A stretch of 64,000 nucleotides of DNA. Origin: Thalia democratica (lineage: Eukaryota). The stretch is taken from assembly GCA_965202585.1 (NCBI GenBank), contig OZ241831.1, positions 31,496,001 to 31,560,000 on the forward strand, in the 5' to 3' direction. Every line of letters starts with the position of its first letter. Position 1 is the stretch's first letter. Below are positions 50,295 through 61,800 of this stretch, one piece after another. Position numbers and translations under genes: made by a program. The notes beneath the pieces are model-generated. The model was not told the origin of the DNA and ran no database searches. It worked only from the letters and a program-made list of their open reading frames with translations.

Positions 50295-51980
50295 ATGTTC
50301 TGGAGAACTAAGTTGAGGAAAAATGTATTAGCATCAGTTGCAAGTAAAAATTTGTTTACTTCTGAAAAGTTCTACTCTACTAAAATTTTATCCACATTAG
50401 ATGGCAAACTTGATGATCTTCATAAACATGTAAGAGAAATAAATAAAGAAAATATGAAAAAGCTCACAAAAAAGTACAACTTACTGATGAAACAAACTCT
50501 GGAAGGAGGAGGTAAAAAAGGTGTTGAGAGACACATTGTGAGGAACAAAAAGATGCTGGCCAGAGATCGGATAAGCCTGCTACTTGATAAAGACTCCACA
50601 ACATTAGAACTGTCCGCTTTTGCTGGTTTAAAGATGAAGTACGGTGAAATCCCTTGTGCCGGGCTTGTAACCGTCATAGGAAAAGTCCATGGGGTATGGT
50701 GCTTGATATGTGCAAATGATGCAACTGTGAAGGGAGGCTCTATGTTTCCTATTGGGGTGAAGAAACAGCTGAGGGTGCAGCAAATAGCCGAAGAAAACAA
50801 CCTCCCAGTGATCTACCTCATTGACAGCGGAGGTGCTTACTTGCCTTTGCAGGCAGAGATTTTCAACGAAGGCGGCAAGTCTTTTTACAACCAGGCCATA
50901 ATGTCCAGCAAGGGAATCTCCCAAATAGCTCTGGTGTGCGGGTCTTGCACGGCAGGTGCTGCTTACATTCCCACCATGGCTGATGAAGCAGTGATAATAC
51001 ACAAGACTGGAACAGTGTTTTTGGGTGGACCACCTCTTGTGCTGGCAGCAACAGGTGAAAGAGTGACAAGTGAGCAGCTGGGTGGCGCGACTGTCCACTG
51101 CACTCAGAGCGGATGCACTGACCATTTTTCATTGTCGGAAGAAGCAGCTATAAATAAAGTAAGAGACATTGTTGCCACCTTGAACATTGAAAATGCTTTG
51201 TCAGGTTTGGAAAATGGTAGTGATGTGAGTCCTCCGAAATTCAAAGAGCTTGAACTGAATGAACTGATGCCTGCTGAGCACAAATTCCATCAGCTGGATG
51301 TCAGGCTCATACTGTCCAGGCTTGTGGATGGCAGCAAGTTTCATGAGTTCAAAGCCAGCTTTGCCACCACAATAGTCTGCGGCTTTGCCAGCATAAACAA
51401 CAGTCTGGTTGGTATAGTGGCAAGCAACGGCAGGCTGACCGGCTCCGCTTGTTTGAAAGCAACCCACTTTGTGCAGATCTGCTCTCAAAGACAAACTCCG
51501 ATCGTTTATCTGCAGCATTTTGAAGGTCAGGAGCAAGTTAAAAGCAGTGTAGAGCTGAACGACTCAACAATCAAGAACAGGGCTCAGCTTTTGCATGCAA
51601 CCTGCTGTGCAAGCGTGCCGTCGATATGTGTGAGTTACGGAGGCGTAACTGGCAGCCCAGAGTCTTGCGCCCTGGGATCCCTTTCAACTGGCTCCAGGTT
51701 CCATTTCATTTTCCCAAACGTCTCGGTTGGGCTCAGCAATCCTGAGTCACTCTGCCTGCAGGTTGCAGAATTAGATAAAATTTCTGACATGGAAGAATTG
51801 TATCAAAAGTTTAAAGTTGAAACTGAGTCGTTTTATGCTGCTTATAACAATTTAAATGATGGGGTGATTCTTCCCCAGCATTTGAGAAAAACTTTAAGTA
51901 CTTGCTTGTCAATATTTAAACAATCAAATATAGTAAAATCATTGAACTGTGTTCCTGAGCAGCCTTTTATTCGTATGTAA
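50295..51980 (+). CDS. MCCC2-like: Mitochondrial methylcrotonoyl-CoA carboxylase beta-chain-like carboxyltransferase (probably the divergent MCCC2-like paralogue), 561 aa, intronless
   Basis: Basic, Ser/Thr-rich transit-peptide-like N-terminus. Motifs GGGKKGVERH...ARDRI..LLD, ANDATVKGG, IDSGGAYLPLQAEIF, FYNQAIMS, VCGSCTAGAAYIPTMADE, GGPPLVLAATGE and LGGA..HC..SGC.DH. AATAAA at 52017. Confidence 0.92.
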   Translation: MFWRTKLRKNVLASVASKNLFTSEKFYSTKILSTLDGKLDDLHKHVREINKENMKKLTKKYNLLMKQTLEGGGKKGVERHIVRNKKMLARDRISLLLDKDSTTLELSAFAGLKMKYGEIPCAGLVTVIGKVHGVWCLICANDATVKGGSMFPIGVKKQLRVQQIAEENNLPVIYLIDSGGAYLPLQAEIFNEGGKSFYNQAIMSSKGISQIALVCGSCTAGAAYIPTMADEAVIIHKTGTVFLGGPPLVLAATGERVTSEQLGGATVHCTQSGCTDHFSLSEEAAINKVRDIVATLNIENALSGLENGSDVSPPKFKELELNELMPAEHKFHQLDVRLILSRLVDGSKFHEFKASFATTIVCGFASINNSLVGIVASNGRLTGSACLKATHFVQICSQRQTPIVYLQHFEGQEQVKSSVELNDSTIKNRAQLLHATCCASVPSICVSYGGVTGSPESCALGSLSTGSRFHFIFPNVSVGLSNPESLCLQVAELDKISDMEELYQKFKVETESFYAAYNNLNDGVILPQHLRKTLSTCLSIFKQSNIVKSLNCVPEQPFIRM

Positions 51981-52836
51981 TTTGTCTTTATTATTTTAAA
52001 AACGTTTTATAAATGCAATAAAAATCAACCATTTTAATTTAAAATAGATTAATTTTTGTTATTTAATAATGTTTTAATATTTACAAAATAAAAAGAGTGA
52101 AATTATTTTACTAATTAGCTAAGGGTTAAAATAGTTTTTAATAGTTACATTTTAGTTTTGTAGCTCTCTTACATAAATGTTTCAAAAATCTTGCTTTTAA
52201 AATGTTAATTGAAGTAATTTTCTTGTGTTTTATATATCAATAAAAAAGTTTTAAAATGCTTTGAAAAACAACTGCTAGTTTTGATCCTATGCTTTAATGA
52301 GATTATGCAATTTTTATCTCAAATATGTGTAGTTGTTGTATTTTAAAACAAAACTTTTATAACTAAGATCTTTCTAGTTAGTAAATTTTATCATACATTT
52401 ATATGCAATACTAATACTTCTTAAACATATTTTTAGTTGTTTATACTAATAGATGTTTAATAAAGCTGTCAAATGTTTTAAGCTCTTTTAATAGCTATTA
52501 GTATTAGTGTGTTATTCAACCAATTTATATTTTTTAATCATAGTATCTGTATGAATATTTGTTTGTAGAACTTTGTTTTTTTTTAAATAATATTAACTAT
52601 AAAAGTTATCATTGTGCATTAGATTGACTTCGGAAAAAATTAAAAGTGTTTTAAGTATATTTAATTTTAGTGGTAGTTTTATTTGTATCTTATTAATTAA
52701 ATAAGTCAGCATATTGTTGATTGCAATAAGTTTTAGTTAGTTTTCTACAATAAACACTATCATAATTTTAAATTACTACAGAATTACAACACACTACTTT
52801 TTTTGTTTTATATGGAGCTCAAGTTATAAATTACTA

Positions 52837-55800
52837 ATGGTTGACCAATCAAGGTAAGTTGTTGATAGAAAACTTAATTTGAGTTTGTATTTATCAATGC
52901 TATACAATGTAATACTATATCATTATAGTTCAATGTTTAGTTATTTAAATTGAAGTTTTTTATTTAGATTATTTTTACAGTTTTCAAAGCTTTTCAGAAA
53001 TACTAGAAGTATTCAGGGCAACAAAAGAGAGTAAAATCAATACATTTTTTAAATAATAATCATATACTGCCTAAGAAAAATTCATTTTGTTTTAAAATTA
53101 AAATAATCGTTTTTTGATTTAAAAAACTAGCTGGTATTATTTTTTTGTATTATTTAATAGCTCTAATATTTAAAAAATTACAAAAAAGTTCCTGAAAAGT
53201 TTGAGATTACTTAAAAACTATAGTATGAGAAAAATCTGTATTTGGTTTTAAGACTTCTTTATTATAAGATTGTTATTATAACTTATCTAAGTTTACCCAA
53301 CTTAAAAAAAAATTGTTAGTGGTTTACAGAACACCTGTTATGGCTCGCATGTAAGAATATATGTTAGTTTCTGCAAAATTTTTGAGCAAACAATTAATTT
53401 ATGGTTAAAATTTTTTAATAAGGTTCTGTGTTAAAGTTGCAAAATAACTTTTACTTAACAACACAAAAAAATAAAAAAATTTTTAGGTTAGAAACCACTT
53501 TTTTAGGTTAGAAAGTCAGTAAGTATTTTCATTATAACACCCTACATTTAATAGTGATTGGGACATAGTGAGGGCGACACAGTGTGGTAAATAACATTTA
53601 TATTTTTTTTTAAATAAAATTTTAAGTGTCACATTTCAACCTTTTTAAACTATTAGCTATACCATTGGTGAAGTATAAGTTTACACAAATACTTGAAAAA
53701 AAATATTATAAATCAAAAGCTTAATATTTTGCTGTTTACACAGTGATTGGGACATTGTGCGGGCGACACAGTATGGTAATTACAAGAGGTGCGAGGAACT
53801 GGTGATGGGGGAAGGGGTGGACGTGAGGAAGCCTGACAAGGACAACATAACAGTACTTCATTGGGCCGCCATCAACAACCGACTGGAAATTGCCAGGTAT
53901 TTAATATATGTTTTTAAGTTTTAGAAGCATTTAACGTTGACTACATGTTTGTGGTTTTTTTCATATTTTTTATACTTGCTAACAAATTAAAATTTATTAT
54001 CTTTATAAAAACTACCAGGTCAAAATAGAGTTGTTATATTTTTAGAATTTATAAATGTTTTTGAAATTGCAAGGTATTGTTTAACAACTTGTTATATTCA
54101 CACAATTTGTTATGGCTTTCTAAATAGCTACATCAAATTAAAATAGCAAAGTGTTGCATAGGAGAAAAAAAAAACCTTAAACTGAGCTATGCTTTTAAGT
54201 TTTAAAATTTAAATTTATTTTATAGTGTTTAAAAATTATCTGACTTTAAAAAAATACACTGTTTTAACTTTCAAAAAAAAAAACACAACGATAAAATTAA
54301 ATTTGATTGTAGTTGAATTACATACTTGTCTAAAACTTATCACATGCAGTAGTTTGTGATATTTATACATGTTAAACAGGAATTTATATAAAGTATCTAT
54401 TTCTTTTTGATATTTTGTCTTCACTATATTTGGTTATATTTCTACAAGTATAAATAATTATTTTTATTATTATAAAGATATTTTTGCATCTCCTACAACT
54501 ATAGTGTACGATAATGAAGCACTTTTTTAGTTTACAACAATTGAATCTGTTTTTACAATGAAATCATGGCTTAATTTTATTGTTAATAAAAAATAAATGA
54601 AGTTGTGGTTACTATAATATAAAAAATAACATTATTAAGAAGTTTGATGATTAATATTATTTTTAAGTTTGTCTATGAACTAGTTTGTATCGCATAAATT
54701 TAAAGTACATTTTTCACTGTAGTTTTACTACTTAAGGTACTTAAAGCTGTAAATTATGTTCTTAATTTTTAGAACCTATTTAATTTAAACATTGATTACG
54801 CTTTATTACAAGGTTGTCTTAAATTTCTTCTGAATTTCTTAAAAAACGCCATCATAATTCTTGAGCTAATCTAAACTTAATTAATAGAACAGTTTTTAAG
54901 CGAATTTAATATTAAAGGACTATAAACTAATTATTTTGATGCAAAACTAACTAATTAAATTTTACATAAATAAATTAGATATTTGTTGCTATTTTTTAAG
55001 TTTCATTTGTATCTTATTTTCATTGCTAAACAACAAACTTTTACTTTCTTTTATCGCAAAGAACTATTATTATTACTACTTTTACTATGCCTTTTTTTAT
55101 TAATTTCCCGCGCAACTACATTAAACATTACCAACATATTTGTTACATTCAGTTTTGTTCACTCGCAGGTTCTTCATAACTCAAGGAGCGGTGATAGACG
55201 CGTTGGGTGGAGACCTGGTGGCCACGCCCCTCCACTGGGCCATCAGGGAGGGACACCTGCAGATGGTCGTACTACTCATGCAAAACGGGTTGGTTTGTTA
55301 TGAAAATAGTTAATGTGCTTTTTTTGTTTGAGAAACTTGTTCAAGTAAACGAAATGCACCAGTGGCTGCTTGCAAGTTGAGCTGTGTATGAAAGTCAATC
55401 TAAAACTTTCGTTTGTTTCAAGTTAACTTTCAAGTATTTCCCAAAGCTGGACATAAAACGAACTGCAATTGCTTATGTATTAATGCAGCAATTTAGCTTG
55501 CTTTTTATTTCCCTGTTTTGCATAATAACCACAAACTGTAAATTAAAATGGTTTGAAATGTAAAACTTGCCTCTGTTGTACCACGTTTTTCAAACAAACA
55601 ACTTCAACCAACGCAGTGCTGACCCGGGGGTGCGGGACAGCGACGGGTGCGCGGCAGTTCACGTGGCGGTTTCGTGCGGCTACTCCAACATCGTGTCCTA
55701 CCTGATTGCCAAGGGCACGGACTCCAACCTGTTCGATGCCAACGGGAAGACGCCGTTGATGTGGTCAGCCTGGAGGACTTTCGGGTTTGTTTTTATTTGA

Positions 55801-58800
55801 ACGTTGCAAAGTATAACACAGTTAAAAATTTTTATTATATTTACAACTTCCTTTTTTAACAGTTTTACTGTTGTTTGTTATGTATTGTTCGAAAACAGGA
55901 GGTATTTTTGATTTTTCACAATGTAGTACACAATTTTTAAGTTATTTTAGTTGCTTAAAGTTTTGTATAAATTTCTTATTAGTGTAGACAAATTTAATCT
56001 TGATTCGTATACAACCATTAAATTTTTTTATGAGTCTGTGATAGCTTATGTTTGACTGAGATGTAAATATTAAAAGTTCTTACATTACTACAAGTTAAAA
56101 GTTTTTATAACTTTTCTAATTGATAACTTACTTTTGTTTGCTACTCAACCAAGTCAACTCAAACTGTTTTTTTTTTCATAAATCAGACTAGTTTAAATTT
56201 TCACGTAAAAGTCAAGTAAGTTTTTATTTTACTTTTACTTAAATTTATTTCCTCGACATTTTTTATTAATCACAGTTCTTTAGACTGATTTTGGTTTTCA
56301 CTGTTGAGTTTAACTAGTTCATTTAGTTTAAGTTTTCAACTATTTCATGGCAACAAGTTTATAAATTTTCGTATAGGCAAGTACTTTTTTTTTTCATTTT
56401 AAAGTGTCTCCAAACTATACACAATACAAATCACTTATTTTACAATGCTAAACTTTATTACAGTGTGTCCACTTAACCTGAAATTTGACAATTTAGGCTA
56501 AAAAAACTTAGAATTTTGAAAAAAATCACTAAAAAAACGGGAAAAAACTCGAATTTTAAACAATTTTTACATATTAAGTAGTAAATTTTTGATTTGAAAC
56601 GAAGTATCTATTATATAGATTTTAAAAATTTGTTATCATCACATTTTAAAGACACAAAAACGTGCACTTTCAGAATCCTGGAAAAAATTCAGAAAACCAG
56701 TTGCCATGTTCCTTTAATAAAACACGTTTCCTGTCAAACACAATTGTTTTGATTTTCAAACAGGCTTCGCTTCTGCGAATCTCCAGCGTTTCAATGAGTT
56801 GTAGCTGGTGATAATTTATCAACGCATTATATTAACAGCGTCGATCCGACGAGATCGCTGATATCGCTGCACGCTTCGGTCAACCAGAAGGACCTGCAGT
56901 ACAGGAACACGCCGTTGCACTGGGCCTGCATGTCCCAGAACACCAACGTCATCGGAATACTGCTGAGGGCGGGCGCCGACATCGAAGCCACCAACTCCGC
57001 CGTTTGTTACATTATCGTTCAATTTATGTATTGTCTTAAAACATGTCTGAAACAACAATAGTTAAAAATCTATAATTTTTTAATAAAGTTAAAGCTAAAA
57101 TATCTGCGGTTCGTATAGTTTTTAAGTGCAGAGTCGATGTCAAAGCCACCAACCCCGCCGTTTGTATAAGTGTTGATTTATTATTAAATTTTTCATGTCG
57201 TATCTTAAGAATCTAAAAGTAAAGTACAAATAAGAAGAATTTCATCTACTGTGTTTAATAAAATTAAAACTAAAAGCTCCGCAGTTAGTATATGTTGATT
57301 TGAAGTTTGGTTTTTGTTGTTAGGGTTGCCAAAAATTTTGCAAACCTGAAATTTGAGAACTTTTGAAAAAAAACTGAAAAAACCTCAACTTTTGAACAAA
57401 AATATTTAAAAAGCGTGGAAAAACCAGGAATTTTAAACAATTTTTACTTGTAAAGTACAAAAACTTTGATTTAACACAAAAAATCTACGATAAAAATAAA
57501 AACATTTTCTCTTCATCAATTTTTTTTTTATTAACAAACATATTTAAAGTATTTTTTCAATGTTTTTATGCAATTTGACACAGTTTTTTACCTTAGACTT
57601 GACTTTAAACTACATTGACCCAAATATGATGTAATATAGACCCAAAAATGTGTAATTTTAATAACCTTGAGGAAATTTTGAAAACCTGCAGAAAATTTGC
57701 TAACAAAAATTTGGCAACCCTGTGTTGTGAACAAGTTTGAAACTAATTTCGAAATAAAAGAAGGATATAGTCTGTTCAATAGTACTAAATTTATAAATAA
57801 GTTCTATCAATGTTTGTAATAAATAAGTTTTATAAAACTAGATCGAAAGACTTTGAGATTTGTTAAATTGTTTGATTCTTATTTAATTAGTTTTTAAAGT
57901 ATGACGTCTTTAGAATAAAGTTTAGTTGTTCATCAATATGAAAGTAATAAAATTTGTATATATTATGCAGTAAAATGAGTCTTAACCTAAAACTTTTATG
58001 ATAGGAGTATTCCACAAACTTAGTATTACTACAATTTAAATATTTTATTTACATTGCATGCATACATATTTATCGAAATATTTTAAGCAACTGCTTAAAA
58101 CTTTTTCATTTTAAAGAAAAGTTGAAGAATTTTTGATAGTAAAGTAAATAGTGAAATAATTTTTTATACCACTTTACAATAAAGAAGATCAATTAAAAGT
58201 TAGTACATTGTTATATTAATGTATATTATACAAAGCATAAAGAAAAAGAATATTATAAACATACCTTTTTTTTGATATAAGTAGTATTTTTGTATGTCCA
58301 AATTTAAACTGTACCATGAAGCGTAGTATAGTATTTTAATTTTCTGGTGCTTGTATACTCAGAACGCAGAAGAAACTTGTTTTTACTAGTTGAAAAATTT
58401 ACAACGAAAAAAATTCACCAAGTTCAGAAAATAGTCATCAAACGTACTTTTTAAACTCTTTGTAATAAATTCTTCAAACCCGCAATAACATTCACATTGT
58501 TGTTTAAGTATACAGTAACAATTAGTTTATTCCAGCTATATTAATATTCATTTATTAACTGTAGGGAGAAACGGCACTGGATATAGCCAATCAGAAGGGA
58601 AATAAATGGATAGCAGGCAGACTCATTGGTGCGAGAAGGGAGATGGGGTTGGAAGTAAGGGGAGAAAATAAAATATGGAGATATGTGAAGAACAAAAAAG
58701 TTGGTTTTCTTGGTTCTTATAATGAAATTATGGGAACACTTGACTTTATTTCGTTTCATTACTTGAATATGAAATTGTTAGCTAGTATTTGCATAAGTTT

Positions 58801-61800
58801 AAATGTTTAAGTATTTTAAATATTTGTTTATTGTCTGTAACTTAAACAGAAAGTGTTTAGCTGAGAGTTAAGTGTGTTATATTAAAAACAGTTTTTAATA
58901 CTGTTCTTAGGTTCTAATCATTTACTATAGTATGCAACGATTTTTTGTGAAGTTATGCTTGATAATTATTTTATTTAAATTTTTAATTTTGTTAATTTGT
59001 TTCTTATAGTTTAAAGTTATAATAAAACCATTTAATTGAGGCAAAGAACATTTTATTAGTGGATTAAATTTTGTATAAAAATTAAACTTACTTACTTTTT
59101 TTATAGTTTGTTCATAGAGTTTGATAGTTGAATTTTAACAACATTTCTAAACAGACAAACAAAAAGATACTGATGTGTTTGCCCTTTATCGCCATATTTT
59201 TTGTCGGATATATTTTATCTTCCAGTATCCAGTCGTGGATGCTCAAAATTGTCATTCTTATTTTGTTTTTCGTTTGCACACGCATTTTTTATAAGTGAGT
59301 TTTGTTTTTATGTGCTTATGCTTAAGGAGTACCAGTAGTATTTTGTTATAATTAGTATTGGGTCTTATATAAACAATTTCTTATTTTAAATGCTTTACTC
59401 TTTGATGTTTAAGTGGAAATTTGAAAATGTATACTTTAATTGTTAACACATATATTAAAGCTTTACGTTGCACAAGTATCAAATTAAACTTGTAACACTT
59501 TTTTTTCTTAAAGAGCTTTTGTATTTAAGTTTGTATTTAGCCTTCTTGTTTTTTATTTTAGGAATAGTTTTTCAAATACATAAAGTATTTTTTCAGTTAA
59601 TTTTTGATTTTTTCTATTTTTTCACCAGTAAATTACACCACAAAACTTTTTTTTTTACATTTTAGAGACTTTCATGTATCCATGCTTTATTGTAAATTAT
59701 GGTTTATACCAAAAAAAGCAAATTATAACTTTACACTTTAAAGTTCTTTTAATCACTCCATAAATTACATACTAAAATATTTTTTATTTATTAGTCAAAT
59801 TACGAAGTCTTTTTCTTGCAGCATCTGCACAATACAGAACGAGACCCAATCCTCCGTTCCCTTTTCAATCTCCCTCGCCACAAAGTTCTGGACTTTCTTC
59901 ACCTCCTTCTACTTCTACCTACCGGTGACCTACTCCCTTTACACACAACTCGCGTACATATTCGTGTCTCCCTGCATGTTCTACTACTTCTACAAGGTGG
60001 TCACCGCCGATCCCGGCTTCATTTGCGTTCCCGATGAGGAAAAGAAGCAGGTTTGAACTTTGTTGTGTTGGATGTACTGTTTTAATTGTTTATTTTGAGT
60101 GTAAAAAAATTACTGGTCGGTTTCTTGAAAACTTCTTGAGCCAGCGTTTTTTTATGTTAAAAAGTTTGTTGAATCTAGAACTTGATCTCTTTGAAGTGTA
60201 TGCTTATGTATTAAAGTGTTTTTAATAGTTTATTAATATTATTATGTGTTATTATATAAAATTCTTTACACCTTTTTGAATTTAAAAAAATTGGTACAGT
60301 TTTTAAACTTAAATTATGTTTTTATGCTAAATAGATTTAAATAGATTTTGACTATTTTTTGTAAAATTTTGCAGCTGTAAACATTAGCTACTCTTATTTT
60401 TTAATAATTCATTATTTGCAGACAATAGTCCACATGGCAGAAACGAACAATTTTAAAATGGAAAACATTTGTACTACTTGCTTGGTTGGTTCACAACTTT
60501 TTTTTGAAATTGTTTCCATTTTCTGATACTGTACAAATCCTATTTTTAAAAATTAAAATTTAAATACCTCTCAGGTTTAGTATTCATTAGATATTAGAAA
60601 TAGATATTCAAGTGTATATGTGGGTTGTGCTTTAAAAATTTTATATGCATCTTATGAAAGAATTCATTAGAATGACCAAATGTGACTTAAACTACTTATT
60701 AATCAATAACAACAAAAATCATCTTCTGCTGCTTAAAAGTAATCTTCACAATCAACTAATCTTATTTATTTTAGATATTTAGTATAACAAAATAGCATCA
60801 TCGAAAAGGTTTTAAAATAGTGAAGTCAATTTTAAAGTATCAAAGTTTTATTTAGTTTATATTTTATTTCCAAACAAATTGACGATAAAAAACAAATCTA
60901 ATTAAATTTTATACTAAATTACTAATTTTAATTAATCTAGTATAGTTTAATTTTTCATGTTGATATACACATTTTTTAACTCTTTTTTTAACTTCTTACC
61001 TTAATTTTTTTCATAATTATTAATTTATAACTACTGAAATTCATGGGTTGAATTACTAAGAACGCGTTAGCATCTCAATGAAAGTGCCAAAAGTATAAAC
61101 TTGACTACCAATTTTCTTCCTAATCGAATTCAACCTTTAATGGTCAATATCCATCTAAGTTTGCTTATTTAAAAAATTAAATATAATAACAATTTTAGTT
61201 GTATGTAAAAATACCATACCTTTAATATTTATAATTGAGTTAGAGAGGCAAATATTCTCGTAGGGTGCATCGTAGGAGATTAGACATACTTAGATAATGA
61301 ACAGCAGTGTTAACAAAAGGAATTTTGTCTAAAATTAAATTTGAAAATCTTACTTAAGTTGTCAGCTTCAAACAAAAGATGGCAGCCATATAACACAACG
61401 AATTAAATAAAATGTTGTATTGAAGCGTATGATACAAACACAACAAACAAATGCTCTTATAAGTTTTTTATAGATTTAGGTGTCTTGTGATAAACTGACT
61501 GTTTATGAAGTTTTTATAAGTATTGATCATTATTTGTTAGTTTTTGTTTCATTTAAAAATCTGTTTTAATTTTAAAAACGTTTTAGTTATGTATATTGTT
61601 TTTTTTTTTGCAATGTTTTTTTTTTCTGTAAGTAAACATACAAACTTGTAAGTCTAATTGTAAGTTAAATGTCTAAATTTTATTTAATGATATTTGTCCA
61701 AAACTTCTGGGTCTTTATTTTTCAGCCAGAACATATTTTTTTACTAATTTACCAAGTAATAAATTTTATACAATTTAATTTCACTGTCTATAACTAATAA

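Noticed and set aside
50295-51980. Bacterial horizontal transfer as the explanation for the intronless MCCC2-like gene
   Set aside because: It has a mitochondrial transit-peptide-like N-terminus and motifs I associate with the animal MCCC2-like paralogue; a phylogeny would be needed to revive the idea.
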